This document shows positions 20,030-29,785 of a stretch of 64,000 bases of DNA, in pieces. Source of the stretch: an uncultured Gammaproteobacteria bacterium. GTDB lineage: Bacteria; Patescibacteriota; Microgenomatia; UBA1406; HO2-37-13b. Below the pieces are notes generated by a model that was not told the DNA's origin, searched no databases, and saw nothing but the letters and a program-made list of their open reading frames with translations. Position 1 is the first letter of the stretch, and each line of letters begins with the position of its first letter. The stretch is from contig CAZTFB010000004.1 of NCBI GenBank assembly GCA_964612595.1, positions 193-64,192 of the forward strand, written 5' to 3'. The position numbers were made by a program, and so were the translations under genes.

Positions 20030-22054
20030 ATGTTCCTTATTATTGACTCAATTGTATTATCTTTAATATTCAAGATATGGTTTTACACAGATGTAATTCT
20101 AACTCATGGTGATTGGATGTATCTATTCACAGAAAACCAGAAAGAAATGCTTACTTTGCCATACATTTGGAATTCAGCCGGGTTAGGTCAAATGAACCTT
20201 GGGATTACCATGTATCCAATTACGCTACTGTGGGGTAGTTTGGCTGGTTTTGGCTTTGGATTTACTGAAAGACTTCTCTACTTGATTCCTTCTGTTCTTG
20301 GAACCTATCTTGGAAGTTACTTGCTTCTTAGCAAGTATTTCAAAAATAGATACTCAAAACTTATTGGTAGTTTTGCCTACACACTCAACACATACTTTAT
20401 GATTGCACGGACTGGACATTTGACTTTAATGGTCGGATTTGCACTGTCACCATTTATTCTATATTTTTTCCATCAATTTCTTGATAAAAATCGCACTAAA
20501 TATTTAATTGCCTCAATCCTGATTGGAATTCTTACAAGCTACTATGAATTCAGAGTTTTTTACTTAGCTTCTATAGTTATTGTGTCGATCGGGTTTTATT
20601 CCGTTTTTATAACAAAGATAATTTCACTCAGAAGATTACTGGTAGTTTTTGGTATATTTTTTGGTTTGGTTTTCCTCGCAAATTTATTTTGGCTTCTTCC
20701 GTTTAAATTTACTCATTACTTTAGTACGAATGAAGTAACTGGTCGAGGGCTGTTTGGCAGCGGATACATGAGAATAGACAGGGCATTTAATCTTTTTCAC
20801 CCATTCTGGAGTGGTAAAGAAATTGTTCCCTTTCAGGTAGAAAATATGCCTTTCTATATGTGGTTTATTCCACTATTTGCATTCTACGGACTATATGTAT
20901 ATCGAAAAAATCCAGTAGTTTTATTTTATAGCCTTATTGCTCTCATCGGTATATTCCTTACAAAACAGTCCGGCCATCCTTTTGCAGGCATTTATAGTTT
21001 TCTCTACAACAACCTTCCAGGTTTCAGTGCATTTAGGGAAGCAAGTAAATTTTACTTTCTAATTGCACTCGGATATTCAGTTATGATTGCAGCTGCCGTA
21101 GAATGGATTTGGAAAGCAAATCCTGCAATTGTCACATGGCATTCAGCAAGAAAGTATATCGTTATATTTATTCTAGGATTACTATTTATCTGGAATACAA
21201 GACCAATCTTAACAGGAGAAATTGATACTTTATTTGTTTCTCGAACTGTTCCAAGTGATTACACTTTACTTAAGAATAAGATCATTAAAGATGATGGGTT
21301 CTATCGAACATTGTGGATTCCAAGAGTTTCTCGATGGAGTTTTTACAACAACAACCATCCATCAATATCATTTGTTGATACAAAGTTACCTTGTCAAGTC
21401 AATGACGATTGCACTTTAATTTTAGACAATAACATTTCTGATATAGTCCTTGATACTTATGGAGTTAAGTACATTGTGGTTCCAATACAAGATGTCGATA
21501 ATAATGATAATTTTTTTGTTCACTACGAGCATGGAAGGGAGTACTACATTGATAAACTTGATAAGTTACTTTACTTACGGAAACTTAATCTTGGTGATAA
21601 TAACCTAGCAGTATATGAAAACGTTGAGTTTAACTCGCATTTACATTACTCAACGTCTAAAGGTAAGCATGAAGTAAAAAGTACTCAAATAAGTCCGTCA
21701 CAGTACTCACTGATATATGACTCTGAAGAACTTACAAGCGAGTTACATTTTGCAGAAGCTTATCATCCGGAATGGAAATTAAGAATTGGAAATTTCAGTT
21801 GGTTTCAATCATTAATTCAAAAAGACTATTTTTATCCTGAAAAATATCACTCTAAGAGTAAAAGTGGGTTAAATTTATGGAAAATTGATAAAGAATTGTT
21901 ATCAAGCCAACAAATTGATGACCATAACGTTCCAATAACAATTTACTTTGCTCCGCAAGTTTGGGTAAACGTTGGAATTATTCTTTCTACATTTACCGTA
22001 TTCGGATTAGTTGCCTTATTGATTATCCTGATGTATAAAGACCATGAAAAATAA
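20030..22054 (+). CDS. Large polytopic membrane protein, GT-C-like (AftD/DUF3367/YfhO-like architecture)
   Basis: 674 aa. It has a ~400-aa multi-TM N-terminal part, a ~230-aa soluble domain and a final TM (VWVNVGIILSTFTVFGLVALLIILMY). The segment PGFSAFREASKFYFLIALGY recalls AftD/YfhO-type proteins. This assignment is from memory and no search was run. Confidence 0.4.
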   Translation: MFLIIDSIVLSLIFKIWFYTDVILTHGDWMYLFTENQKEMLTLPYIWNSAGLGQMNLGITMYPITLLWGSLAGFGFGFTERLLYLIPSVLGTYLGSYLLLSKYFKNRYSKLIGSFAYTLNTYFMIARTGHLTLMVGFALSPFILYFFHQFLDKNRTKYLIASILIGILTSYYEFRVFYLASIVIVSIGFYSVFITKIISLRRLLVVFGIFFGLVFLANLFWLLPFKFTHYFSTNEVTGRGLFGSGYMRIDRAFNLFHPFWSGKEIVPFQVENMPFYMWFIPLFAFYGLYVYRKNPVVLFYSLIALIGIFLTKQSGHPFAGIYSFLYNNLPGFSAFREASKFYFLIALGYSVMIAAAVEWIWKANPAIVTWHSARKYIVIFILGLLFIWNTRPILTGEIDTLFVSRTVPSDYTLLKNKIIKDDGFYRTLWIPRVSRWSFYNNNHPSISFVDTKLPCQVNDDCTLILDNNISDIVLDTYGVKYIVVPIQDVDNNDNFFVHYEHGREYYIDKLDKLLYLRKLNLGDNNLAVYENVEFNSHLHYSTSKGKHEVKSTQISPSQYSLIYDSEELTSELHFAEAYHPEWKLRIGNFSWFQSLIQKDYFYPEKYHSKSKSGLNLWKIDKELLSSQQIDDHNVPITIYFAPQVWVNVGIILSTFTVFGLVALLIILMYKDHEK

Positions 22055-23663
22055 CATATTTAAGACTATCATTACAATACTACTTCTAATTGGAATTTCG
22101 GCATTACTTTTTCAAGGAAATTACGTTCCTATTTATGGTGAAAATCAGTATACATTCTCTTATCTAGGTCATATTGGATGGATCATAACGGATTGGATTG
22201 AAAAACCATCATTGTTGTTTCAAAGTCACAACTGTATAGATTGTCAATACTTTGGCATGTACTCAAGATGGGTGATGCTGTGGCTTTACATTATTCTCCT
22301 ACCGGGGCAACTTCTAATGATAAATCCATTTATCTGGTATGTCTTTATAAGCTTCGTGTTTCAATATGTGGCCATTAAGTATTTTCTTGAGAGTCTTTTC
22401 CCAAAGTCACATTTTGGCACTAATTTTATGCTAATCCTTTCTGCTTTTTTTACAACAATCCCTTATAAATGGGTACAAATAGGAATTCAATGGGAGTACC
22501 CATTTGTTTACTTCATGTTTTTTACAATCGTTGGAACATACTTTCGACTTATTCGTAACGAAAAGCTCACAAGACATCATATATTACTAAGCATCGCCTC
22601 AGCACTGCTTATTTTTAACATCAGCATTAATCACTTACCAATTGTTCTTTATACATTACTGACACTAACATTAGTTTCATTTTTTTCCTCTCGAGATAAA
22701 ATTTCACTAGTAAAAATACTTTGTATTATATGTATTCCAAGTCTTGCACTTAATGTTCCCATTCTTATATCTCTTTTATCAAACCCCGACGTTACGCAGT
22801 TCGAAAGCTTCCACAGTAACGGATGGCCAGTCTTACTTTCACTTGGTTACCTTTCTGGCAAACATTCAAATAATTTTATTGCTCTTTCAACTCTAATTGG
22901 CCTGTCGACAATATTCTTTTCAATACTTTCATTAAAGAAAAAGTCATCAATTATATTCTTGCTCCTTACAATAATTGGATTATTTTTAGGAATACTTGGT
23001 AAAGAACCAATCTATCAGATAATTTTTGATAATTTCCCTCTATTTCATACACTCCGGTCGGCTTACAGGTTTGTTATTTTTGAACACATGTTTCTCGTTG
23101 TTCTTATTGGCTATTTGTACATTTACACAAGGACAACAAAAAACTATAAGTGGTTTAAGTATTTATTTACAACTGTGCTCATGCTGAATGTTTTGTTCAT
23201 ATCTCAAGATCTAAGAGTTATCAACTTCACCAAAATCCCAGAGGCGTATGAAGATACCTACACTTTTATCAAAGAGGATAACCATAGGTATATTTACTTT
23301 CCATCACAGTTAAATGTTAGCCATACAATTTCAACAGACTACTCATACGGTAATGTTCCATCTGAGTTTTACTGGTGGCAAAATCCATTTGAGTCATGGT
23401 ATCCCTCGAGAAATGTCCACCACCCAACTCTTAACATGTCGGATTCGGAGCTTGATAGAAAAATATCGGACCTAGCTCACCAAAATAAGCAGGAGATGAT
23501 GGTTGAGACTCTAAAGCATGCAGGTATTGACTATATAATTTTTGACGATTACTACTACTGGGCTAGGGAAGTTCCAGAATTTGACATCAGTGCATTTTTC
23601 ACAAGAGACGAGCTTAGGTTAATGAGAAAATTTGGAGCAATTGAGATATACTCAGTTAATTAA
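22044..23663 (+). CDS. Polytopic membrane protein with C-terminal soluble domain (GT-C-like, uncharacterised)
   Basis: 539 aa, multi-TM followed by a ~150-aa hydrophilic tail. LFHTLRSAYRFVIFEHMF parallels the REASKFYF segment of the upstream protein. It overlaps the upstream gene by 11 nt. Confidence 0.35.
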   Translation: MKNNIFKTIITILLLIGISALLFQGNYVPIYGENQYTFSYLGHIGWIITDWIEKPSLLFQSHNCIDCQYFGMYSRWVMLWLYIILLPGQLLMINPFIWYVFISFVFQYVAIKYFLESLFPKSHFGTNFMLILSAFFTTIPYKWVQIGIQWEYPFVYFMFFTIVGTYFRLIRNEKLTRHHILLSIASALLIFNISINHLPIVLYTLLTLTLVSFFSSRDKISLVKILCIICIPSLALNVPILISLLSNPDVTQFESFHSNGWPVLLSLGYLSGKHSNNFIALSTLIGLSTIFFSILSLKKKSSIIFLLLTIIGLFLGILGKEPIYQIIFDNFPLFHTLRSAYRFVIFEHMFLVVLIGYLYIYTRTTKNYKWFKYLFTTVLMLNVLFISQDLRVINFTKIPEAYEDTYTFIKEDNHRYIYFPSQLNVSHTISTDYSYGNVPSEFYWWQNPFESWYPSRNVHHPTLNMSDSELDRKISDLAHQNKQEMMVETLKHAGIDYIIFDDYYYWAREVPEFDISAFFTRDELRLMRKFGAIEIYSVN

Positions 23664-23670
23664 AACTTAC

Positions 23671-24618
23671 ATGAAAAAGAGAGGTACAAATTTCATTCTC
23701 ACTATCATTGGCCTGATGTTGCTGTGGCTCGGACTTTTAAGTGCTCAGATATTTTTTATCGAAAAATCATTCACCCTGCTCACTCACAATTATGATAGGG
23801 ATGTATTTTACTTGAATAATGGAAGAGATAATACAAATACCACCAAACTTGCTGCAGAGTTTACTAGTAAAGATAATTATCTTGGTATAGTTTCCATTAA
23901 CTTCGATGAAAATCAGAGAATGCACAATGGTAGTCTAATATTTAGCATAAAAGAAAAGGGCACAGACAGCTGGTACTATCAGAATACATATAATGCAGAA
24001 GAGTTAAATGACTTGTCTTTTTACCCATTTGGATTTCCTATCATCAACGATTCTAAGAACAAACATTATGTTGTGGAAATAGAACTTAAGAAAGAAAATC
24101 AGAGCAACACAATTATTAAATTGGGAAACCAATCTACAGCACTTGCTACTCACCATCAATTTCCCAAATCACCCTTGCTTGAAAATAATTACGCTTTTCT
24201 AGCGTTCCTTTCCAAGAAAATCGTCAATATTGTTGATAACAATTATCAAATTTTTGCGTCAATCATATACTTATATCCACTTACATTTTATGCACTCTGG
24301 AGATTCGGAAATAATAAACTTACGCATGTTGGACTACTTGCATTGCTAATTCTTACTATTTTGTTCGATGCAATCTTTATCAATGAGTTTGTTGATTTAG
24401 CTTATGTCACTATTGCATCGCTTTGGGTAATCTTTTCGAGAAAACTAAAGGGCGCAATTGACATAACATTTAAATTGGGATTCTCCATGCTGGGATTGGG
24501 TGCATTATCTCAACTACTCTACAATGATAGCTATGTAGAGAAATTTGCATCATGGGCGTTTATTTTCATACTTATAGCGGTTATTCAAAGCATGCTGGAG
24601 GTCAGAAAGAAGGACTGA
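23671..24618 (+). CDS. Membrane protein, N-terminal anchor + ~170-aa extracytoplasmic domain + 4 TM
   Basis: I take the start at MKKRGTNFILTIIGLMLLWLGL (ATG 23671), just after the upstream stop. I recognise no family. Confidence 0.3.
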   Translation: MKKRGTNFILTIIGLMLLWLGLLSAQIFFIEKSFTLLTHNYDRDVFYLNNGRDNTNTTKLAAEFTSKDNYLGIVSINFDENQRMHNGSLIFSIKEKGTDSWYYQNTYNAEELNDLSFYPFGFPIINDSKNKHYVVEIELKKENQSNTIIKLGNQSTALATHHQFPKSPLLENNYAFLAFLSKKIVNIVDNNYQIFASIIYLYPLTFYALWRFGNNKLTHVGLLALLILTILFDAIFINEFVDLAYVTIASLWVIFSRKLKGAIDITFKLGFSMLGLGALSQLLYNDSYVEKFASWAFIFILIAVIQSMLEVRKKD

Positions 24619-24625
24619 GGACATT

Positions 24626-25450
24626 CTATTGCTTCTTATATGCATAGATTAGTACGTCCTGGAACATATTTTTTGTATTAAGCGGTATCTGTAACGAGCT
24701 AAGTTGATACTTATATTGATGCTCAAGTAGTGTTAGGAATGATGAGAGTACATTAGTATCAGATATATTGTGGTGATACTCAATCACTAACTCATCAATC
24801 TGTGAAAGTTTGTTCTTATTTACAAGATCATTTAAAACCTTTACTTCACTTCCTTCGATATCCATTTTTATAAAATCGATGTGATCATTCTTAATAATTT
24901 CACTTAGCTTAATCGCTTTAACTTTTACACTGACTTCTGCCATTCTTTCTTTATATGAGCTCATTATAAGACTACCCGGTGCATTTGAAATATAAAAATT
25001 AATCACATGATTTCTGTCAGATAGCGCGTGGTTGTACAAGGTCACATTTTTCAGTTTGTTTATCTTTACATTTTTCTTCAAAAGTTTAAATGTCCGAGGA
25101 TCGGGTTCAAAGCAGGTAACTCGACTATTAGGAAAAAGGAATTTAAAGTACAACAATGAAACTCCAATATTTGAACCGCAGTCAAAGATTATAGGTTTGC
25201 TTTTGGATGTAGAGAAAAAGTACTCATTCTTTACAAATATTTCACCAATAAGATAATGCAAAGTCTGAAAGTCAAAACCGCTGATCTTAAATCCAACAAA
25301 TATTATCGTTGTAGGTTTTCTAATCGGTAAGGTTAGTAGCAATGAATAAAGCGTGTACTCAGTTAAGATTCTTATCTTAATAAATGACTTAATTGGCGTT
25401 CTTATAAGGTTTGAAACGTTAATAAAATACATGAAAACAACGAATAACAT
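24626..25450 (-). CDS. FkbM-family methyltransferase
   Basis: 274 aa. IIFDCGSNIGVSLLYF (SAM motif I) and IDFIKMDIEGSE are FkbM hallmarks. Confidence 0.75.
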   Translation of the reverse strand: MLFVVFMYFINVSNLIRTPIKSFIKIRILTEYTLYSLLLTLPIRKPTTIIFVGFKISGFDFQTLHYLIGEIFVKNEYFFSTSKSKPIIFDCGSNIGVSLLYFKFLFPNSRVTCFEPDPRTFKLLKKNVKINKLKNVTLYNHALSDRNHVINFYISNAPGSLIMSSYKERMAEVSVKVKAIKLSEIIKNDHIDFIKMDIEGSEVKVLNDLVNKNKLSQIDELVIEYHHNISDTNVLSSFLTLLEHQYKYQLSSLQIPLNTKNMFQDVLIYAYKKQ

Positions 25451-25532
25451 ATCTTTTATCGCTTTTGAACTAATATTGCTAGCATTGTATCAAAAAAGGT
25501 GCAGATTGTTAGCGTGGTAGAATATATCATCT

Positions 25533-27059
25533 ATGCAAATTTTGTTAATAGGTGGGTTCTTAGTAATTGCATTTGTTCTACGATTTTTTGGCATCCAAAA
25601 TAACCACTCCTTCTGGGTTGACGAGTTTAACTCGGGAACTCAAGCGCGGCTTATTCTTGACCATGGTCTTGGCGTTTTTACAAACAACGACATTTTCTTT
25701 GAGTTTCAAAATATAACAACACACTTTATCATCGCATTATTCTTTTCGATCTTTGGACAACACGAATGGGTCGCACGATTACCATTCGTTATTATTGGAT
25801 CCTTTGTCCCTCTCGTCGTATATTTTTTAACTAAGCACATAGCAAACAAAACCACAGGTCTTGTCGCCGCCATTCTTGTTACGTTCTCATACTTCGAAAT
25901 CACATGGTCACGTCAAGCACGAGGATATGTACTACTACAACTACTCATTCTTTTAACCATATATATCTACATTAAATACCTTCGATCCCAACAAAAAAAC
26001 ATCAAGGCGCTTCTTGGATTTGGCTTGCTAGTAGGTGCTGGCATGCTTACACATTACATGTATACAATCGTATTACTGGCCCTTCTTATTGACTATGCAA
26101 TACTGCATCGCAGCAGAATTATACATTTGCTTTCGAACCCACTCTTGTACATTTTCCTCATTGGCATCGGGCTACTTGTCTATGGTACTGGCGGCATTGA
26201 AGGCTTTCAAGCATTCAAATCTGCGAGTTTTTTTAGTGCAAACAACGTAGGTTACTATCATTCATTCCTTTGGAGAGAGTATGGACTCATTACGTTTCTA
26301 GCGTTAATAGGGTGGGCGACAATATCGTTCAAAACGCTTAAAGAAACTCGAAGCATTTTACTATATGTTGTGTTGCATCTATTATTCGTCACCTTCTTCT
26401 TTGGACATCACATGTCTAAATACCTGCTGCCAATTTTTCCATTCCTACTTATTGGCGCAGCTATAAGTATAGTAACTCTATCAGACAGCGTAACCAAACA
26501 TCTCAAAATATCTACGATAAAGAAATCACTCCCTGTCATTTTGGCTCTCTTTATTGTCCTTAACGGCCATAAGTTTGTTAACGGTCCACAGTCGTACTAT
26601 TCAATTAATCATGATTTTAGAGAGATCTCTAACATCGACTACCACGAAGTGTATGAAAAAATTCTCCCAAATAAAGACAGGAATCCAGCTGTTATTGAAA
26701 CGTGGCCTGGAAGACTGTATTGGTATATGGGTAACAACTATTCAAATGGTTATATGTTTCGCTGGGAAAACGAGGAAGGATTCGCTAATGGTCATATAAA
26801 AAAGACAGAGTTTTATATTGAGCATGGGGAAAAGAGACTCACCAAACAAGTTGGCTTCGTCGGGACCAAAGAGGATCTTGAAAAGTTAATAAAGAAAAAC
26901 AAGATTGGCTTCCTGTTTATCGACGATTCATCACTTCCGCAGGACGTCATTCAATACGCTGAGAAAAACCTTAAAAAGGAGCTTTATCTTGACCATTATC
27001 CGCTCGACGATAACCCCTATTCAATCTGGCCCGCAACACTCTATAGCTGGGGGCTATAA
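25533..27059 (+). CDS. GT-C membrane glycosyltransferase, PMT_2/ArnT-like (copy 2)
   Basis: 508 aa with about 11 TM and a soluble C-terminal domain. The first loop is HSFWVDEFNSGTQARLIL, a W-x-DE motif as in ArnT/PMT_2. Confidence 0.7.
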   Translation: MQILLIGGFLVIAFVLRFFGIQNNHSFWVDEFNSGTQARLILDHGLGVFTNNDIFFEFQNITTHFIIALFFSIFGQHEWVARLPFVIIGSFVPLVVYFLTKHIANKTTGLVAAILVTFSYFEITWSRQARGYVLLQLLILLTIYIYIKYLRSQQKNIKALLGFGLLVGAGMLTHYMYTIVLLALLIDYAILHRSRIIHLLSNPLLYIFLIGIGLLVYGTGGIEGFQAFKSASFFSANNVGYYHSFLWREYGLITFLALIGWATISFKTLKETRSILLYVVLHLLFVTFFFGHHMSKYLLPIFPFLLIGAAISIVTLSDSVTKHLKISTIKKSLPVILALFIVLNGHKFVNGPQSYYSINHDFREISNIDYHEVYEKILPNKDRNPAVIETWPGRLYWYMGNNYSNGYMFRWENEEGFANGHIKKTEFYIEHGEKRLTKQVGFVGTKEDLEKLIKKNKIGFLFIDDSSLPQDVIQYAEKNLKKELYLDHYPLDDNPYSIWPATLYSWGL

Positions 27060-27065
27060 TAAGAT

Positions 27066-28244
27066 ATGATCACGTCACTTTTTAAACGATCAGGTGTGCA
27101 TTTTAGCGGCTCCATCATAAGCAAAATATTTACTTCCACCGTTTATATCGTCCTCAGCCGGTTTATCTCACCCGCAGAATATGGCCAGGCAACGCTTGTT
27201 GTTACTTTTAGTATGCTCGGCAGTGTCGTAGGGGACTATGGACTCTCGCAGTGGTATCAGAAACAGGAGGATGAGAAGAAAGCATTCCGCTCGTTTATGC
27301 GCACACGCATGGTCCTCGCCGTCGCCACGTCGGTTACCCTCTTTACTCTCATCACATGGCTCGACTGGCTTCCGTTTAATCTCGCGCTCGTTACGAGCAC
27401 CGTGTTGCTGCCACATGCATTACTGTCCATCGCTACAACCTATCTTATTCGTCATCAGGACGTCTTTAAACCAAGTCTGCAGCAGGTCATTCAGTCTGTC
27501 CCAATCCTAATTATTATGCTCATAAAACAACACTCCGTTACCGTTTTCGATGCAGTTACCGCATATCTTATAGGAGATATTGTTGCGGTCTGGCTTTTAT
27601 TCCCTCGACACAAACTCTCTCAGCTGAGCGGAGCATATCTGTCGCTGCGAAAAACGCTCCGCTCGGCAACAAAATACGCGCTGCTGAATTATACGTCGGC
27701 TACCTATGCGCGGGCAGACTCAATTCTCGTGCGAGGATACCTTGGCGAAGCAGCGCTCGGCTTTTACGGACTCGCATATCGCTATCTTGAATATTTTGCA
27801 CTCCTACCGTCATCCCTTGTCCAGATAACCTTCCCGATATTCGCAAGAGATTCAAAATCAGCGAAAAAACATATCTTTAAGCTTGCTGGATGCATGGCGC
27901 TTTTCGGCATAGTGTTCGGTGGACTTCTCGTATTCCTTGCACCCATTATTATCAACGCGTTCCACGGCTCTGAATATGCTCCTGCAATTATCGTCATGCA
28001 GATTCTGTCCGCAACACTGGTCCTTATGTTTATCAACGCACCACTTTCTTCCTACGTCCAATCCTCAGATCTTGTTAAAAAATTCCTTCCCTATGGCATT
28101 CTTAACACAGCGCTCAATGTGAGTCTTAACATACTTCTTATTCCGCAGTGGGGACTCCAAGGAGCTGCCGCAGCTATGCTCATAACAGAATGCACCGGCT
28201 TGCTTATTAATCTGTGGTTTACAAAACAACTGAGTAATAGATAA
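27066..28244 (+). CDS. MOP/Wzx-type polysaccharide flippase (copy 2)
   Basis: 392 aa, multi-TM, with YIVLSRFISPAEYGQATLVVTFSML. TATAAT at 27055-27060 lies 5 nt before the ATG. Confidence 0.65.
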   Translation: MITSLFKRSGVHFSGSIISKIFTSTVYIVLSRFISPAEYGQATLVVTFSMLGSVVGDYGLSQWYQKQEDEKKAFRSFMRTRMVLAVATSVTLFTLITWLDWLPFNLALVTSTVLLPHALLSIATTYLIRHQDVFKPSLQQVIQSVPILIIMLIKQHSVTVFDAVTAYLIGDIVAVWLLFPRHKLSQLSGAYLSLRKTLRSATKYALLNYTSATYARADSILVRGYLGEAALGFYGLAYRYLEYFALLPSSLVQITFPIFARDSKSAKKHIFKLAGCMALFGIVFGGLLVFLAPIIINAFHGSEYAPAIIVMQILSATLVLMFINAPLSSYVQSSDLVKKFLPYGILNTALNVSLNILLIPQWGLQGAAAAMLITECTGLLINLWFTKQLSNR

Positions 28245-29785
28245 TGAAAACAAACGTATCCGCCATCATCGTAAACTGGAATACCAACGAGAATCTCGAA
28301 AAAATTTTAGAGCAGCTTAAACCATCTGAAACATTAGAGATTATTGTTGTCGATAACAATTCGACGACACCACCAACAACACTTTCAAAACAACACAAAG
28401 ACGTCACATTTATTTTTAATGATGCGAACAAAGGCTATGCAGCTGCATGTAATCAAGGTGCTCGTATTGCAAAAGGGAAATGGCTCTTTTTCCTGAATGC
28501 TGATGTGGAGATTGATAATGAGAGAGTGGGCGACTGTATCAGAGAAGCTGAGGAAAGAAAATTAGATGCCGCAAGTCCGCTTTCAGACAAAGAAGGTTAC
28601 AATAAACCACTGCCATCGCTTGCTTCACTCATCGTCGAATTTTCCCCACTAAGAAAAATGGTGCCACTTTCATTATTCTCAAAAAAAACATTATTCGGTG
28701 GGGCACTACTGATAAAAAAAGAGCTATTCATAAAACTAAAAGGGTGGGATGAGCGATTTTTTGTGTGGTTTGAGGATAGCGATCTGACAAAAAGACTTTA
28801 TAACAATGGCGCAAAAGTTGGCTGGCTCAGTATGCATATAGGACATAAAGGGGGAGCGTCATTTACGACACTTTCAAACCATAAACGATCAGCAATATTC
28901 TTTCAGTCTCTTTCTATATATCTAAAAAAGCACCATGGGGTTTTTGCGCAACGAGCTATCGGCATTTTGACAAAAAGATTTTGGCATGGCCATTTGTATC
29001 CACAGCAACACGAAGGTGTTTCAATAGTTGTGCCGAATATGAAGAATAAGATTCTGCTCGATTTTTTAAAGAAAAATAATGTGCATCTGTCGAAGCTTGA
29101 TGAAGTCATCGTCGTCTCAAGTGATCTGGACAATACCACGCTTTGGGAGCTTCGTGAAGAATATCCCGATATCAGATTTATTTCTATCGACGAAAATAGG
29201 GGATTTGCTGCAACAGTGAATGTAGGTATGCGTACGGCAACCGGGCGATACATTGGCACCTGTAATGATGACACGATTCTTAATGAGGCATCGTTTACAT
29301 TTTTAGAGCACATACCAAAAGATGCCGGGTCTATAAATCCCGTCATAAAAAAAGACGATGGGAGCATTGAGTCGGCAGGCATTATTGTGCTCCCAAACGG
29401 CAGAGCAGTTCCTCTCACAGAGACCTCATCGCAAGAATTTCAGGAAGTTGAGGCGACCAATGGTGCATGTGTGGTGTACACAAGAACTGCACTTGAAAAA
29501 GTTGGATTGTTTGACGAGCGGTTTGGTTCGTACCTTGAAGATATTGATCTCGCGCTTCGATGTGCGAAAGCAGGACTACATAACTATGTCCATAACACGT
29601 CACAGATTACACACCTACAACATCAAACATCTAAGTCGCTGGGAGCAAAAAAACAGTGGCTCGATTTTAAAAACTGGCTACTCGTTATCGCAAAGAACTG
29701 GACAACAGAAAAATTTATTGCACATCTACCACATATCATTCTAGAAAGACTCCGCAATTTAAGCGGCATAGTAAAATCGCTTTAG
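28244..29785 (+). CDS. Tandem double-GT2 glycosyltransferase
   Basis: 513 aa with two GT-A modules. The first is SAIIVNWNT..IIVVDNNS..FLNADVEI..WFEDSDL. The second is VSIVVPNMKN..VIVVSSD..NRGFAATVN..CNDDTIL..YLEDIDL. Confidence 0.75.
   Translation: MKTNVSAIIVNWNTNENLEKILEQLKPSETLEIIVVDNNSTTPPTTLSKQHKDVTFIFNDANKGYAAACNQGARIAKGKWLFFLNADVEIDNERVGDCIREAEERKLDAASPLSDKEGYNKPLPSLASLIVEFSPLRKMVPLSLFSKKTLFGGALLIKKELFIKLKGWDERFFVWFEDSDLTKRLYNNGAKVGWLSMHIGHKGGASFTTLSNHKRSAIFFQSLSIYLKKHHGVFAQRAIGILTKRFWHGHLYPQQHEGVSIVVPNMKNKILLDFLKKNNVHLSKLDEVIVVSSDLDNTTLWELREEYPDIRFISIDENRGFAATVNVGMRTATGRYIGTCNDDTILNEASFTFLEHIPKDAGSINPVIKKDDGSIESAGIIVLPNGRAVPLTETSSQEFQEVEATNGACVVYTRTALEKVGLFDERFGSYLEDIDLALRCAKAGLHNYVHNTSQITHLQHQTSKSLGAKKQWLDFKNWLLVIAKNWTTEKFIAHLPHIILERLRNLSGIVKSL

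Noticed and set aside
27168-28253. Dense pile of 60-90-aa ORFs on both strands
   Set aside because: All lie within the 392-aa flippase gene in a locally GC-richer stretch. Their translations are Arg/Ser/Cys-rich low-complexity sequence.
28903-29744. 171-aa minus-strand and 128-aa plus-strand ORFs
   Set aside because: They lie inside the well-supported tandem GT2 gene (28244-29785) and have no motifs.
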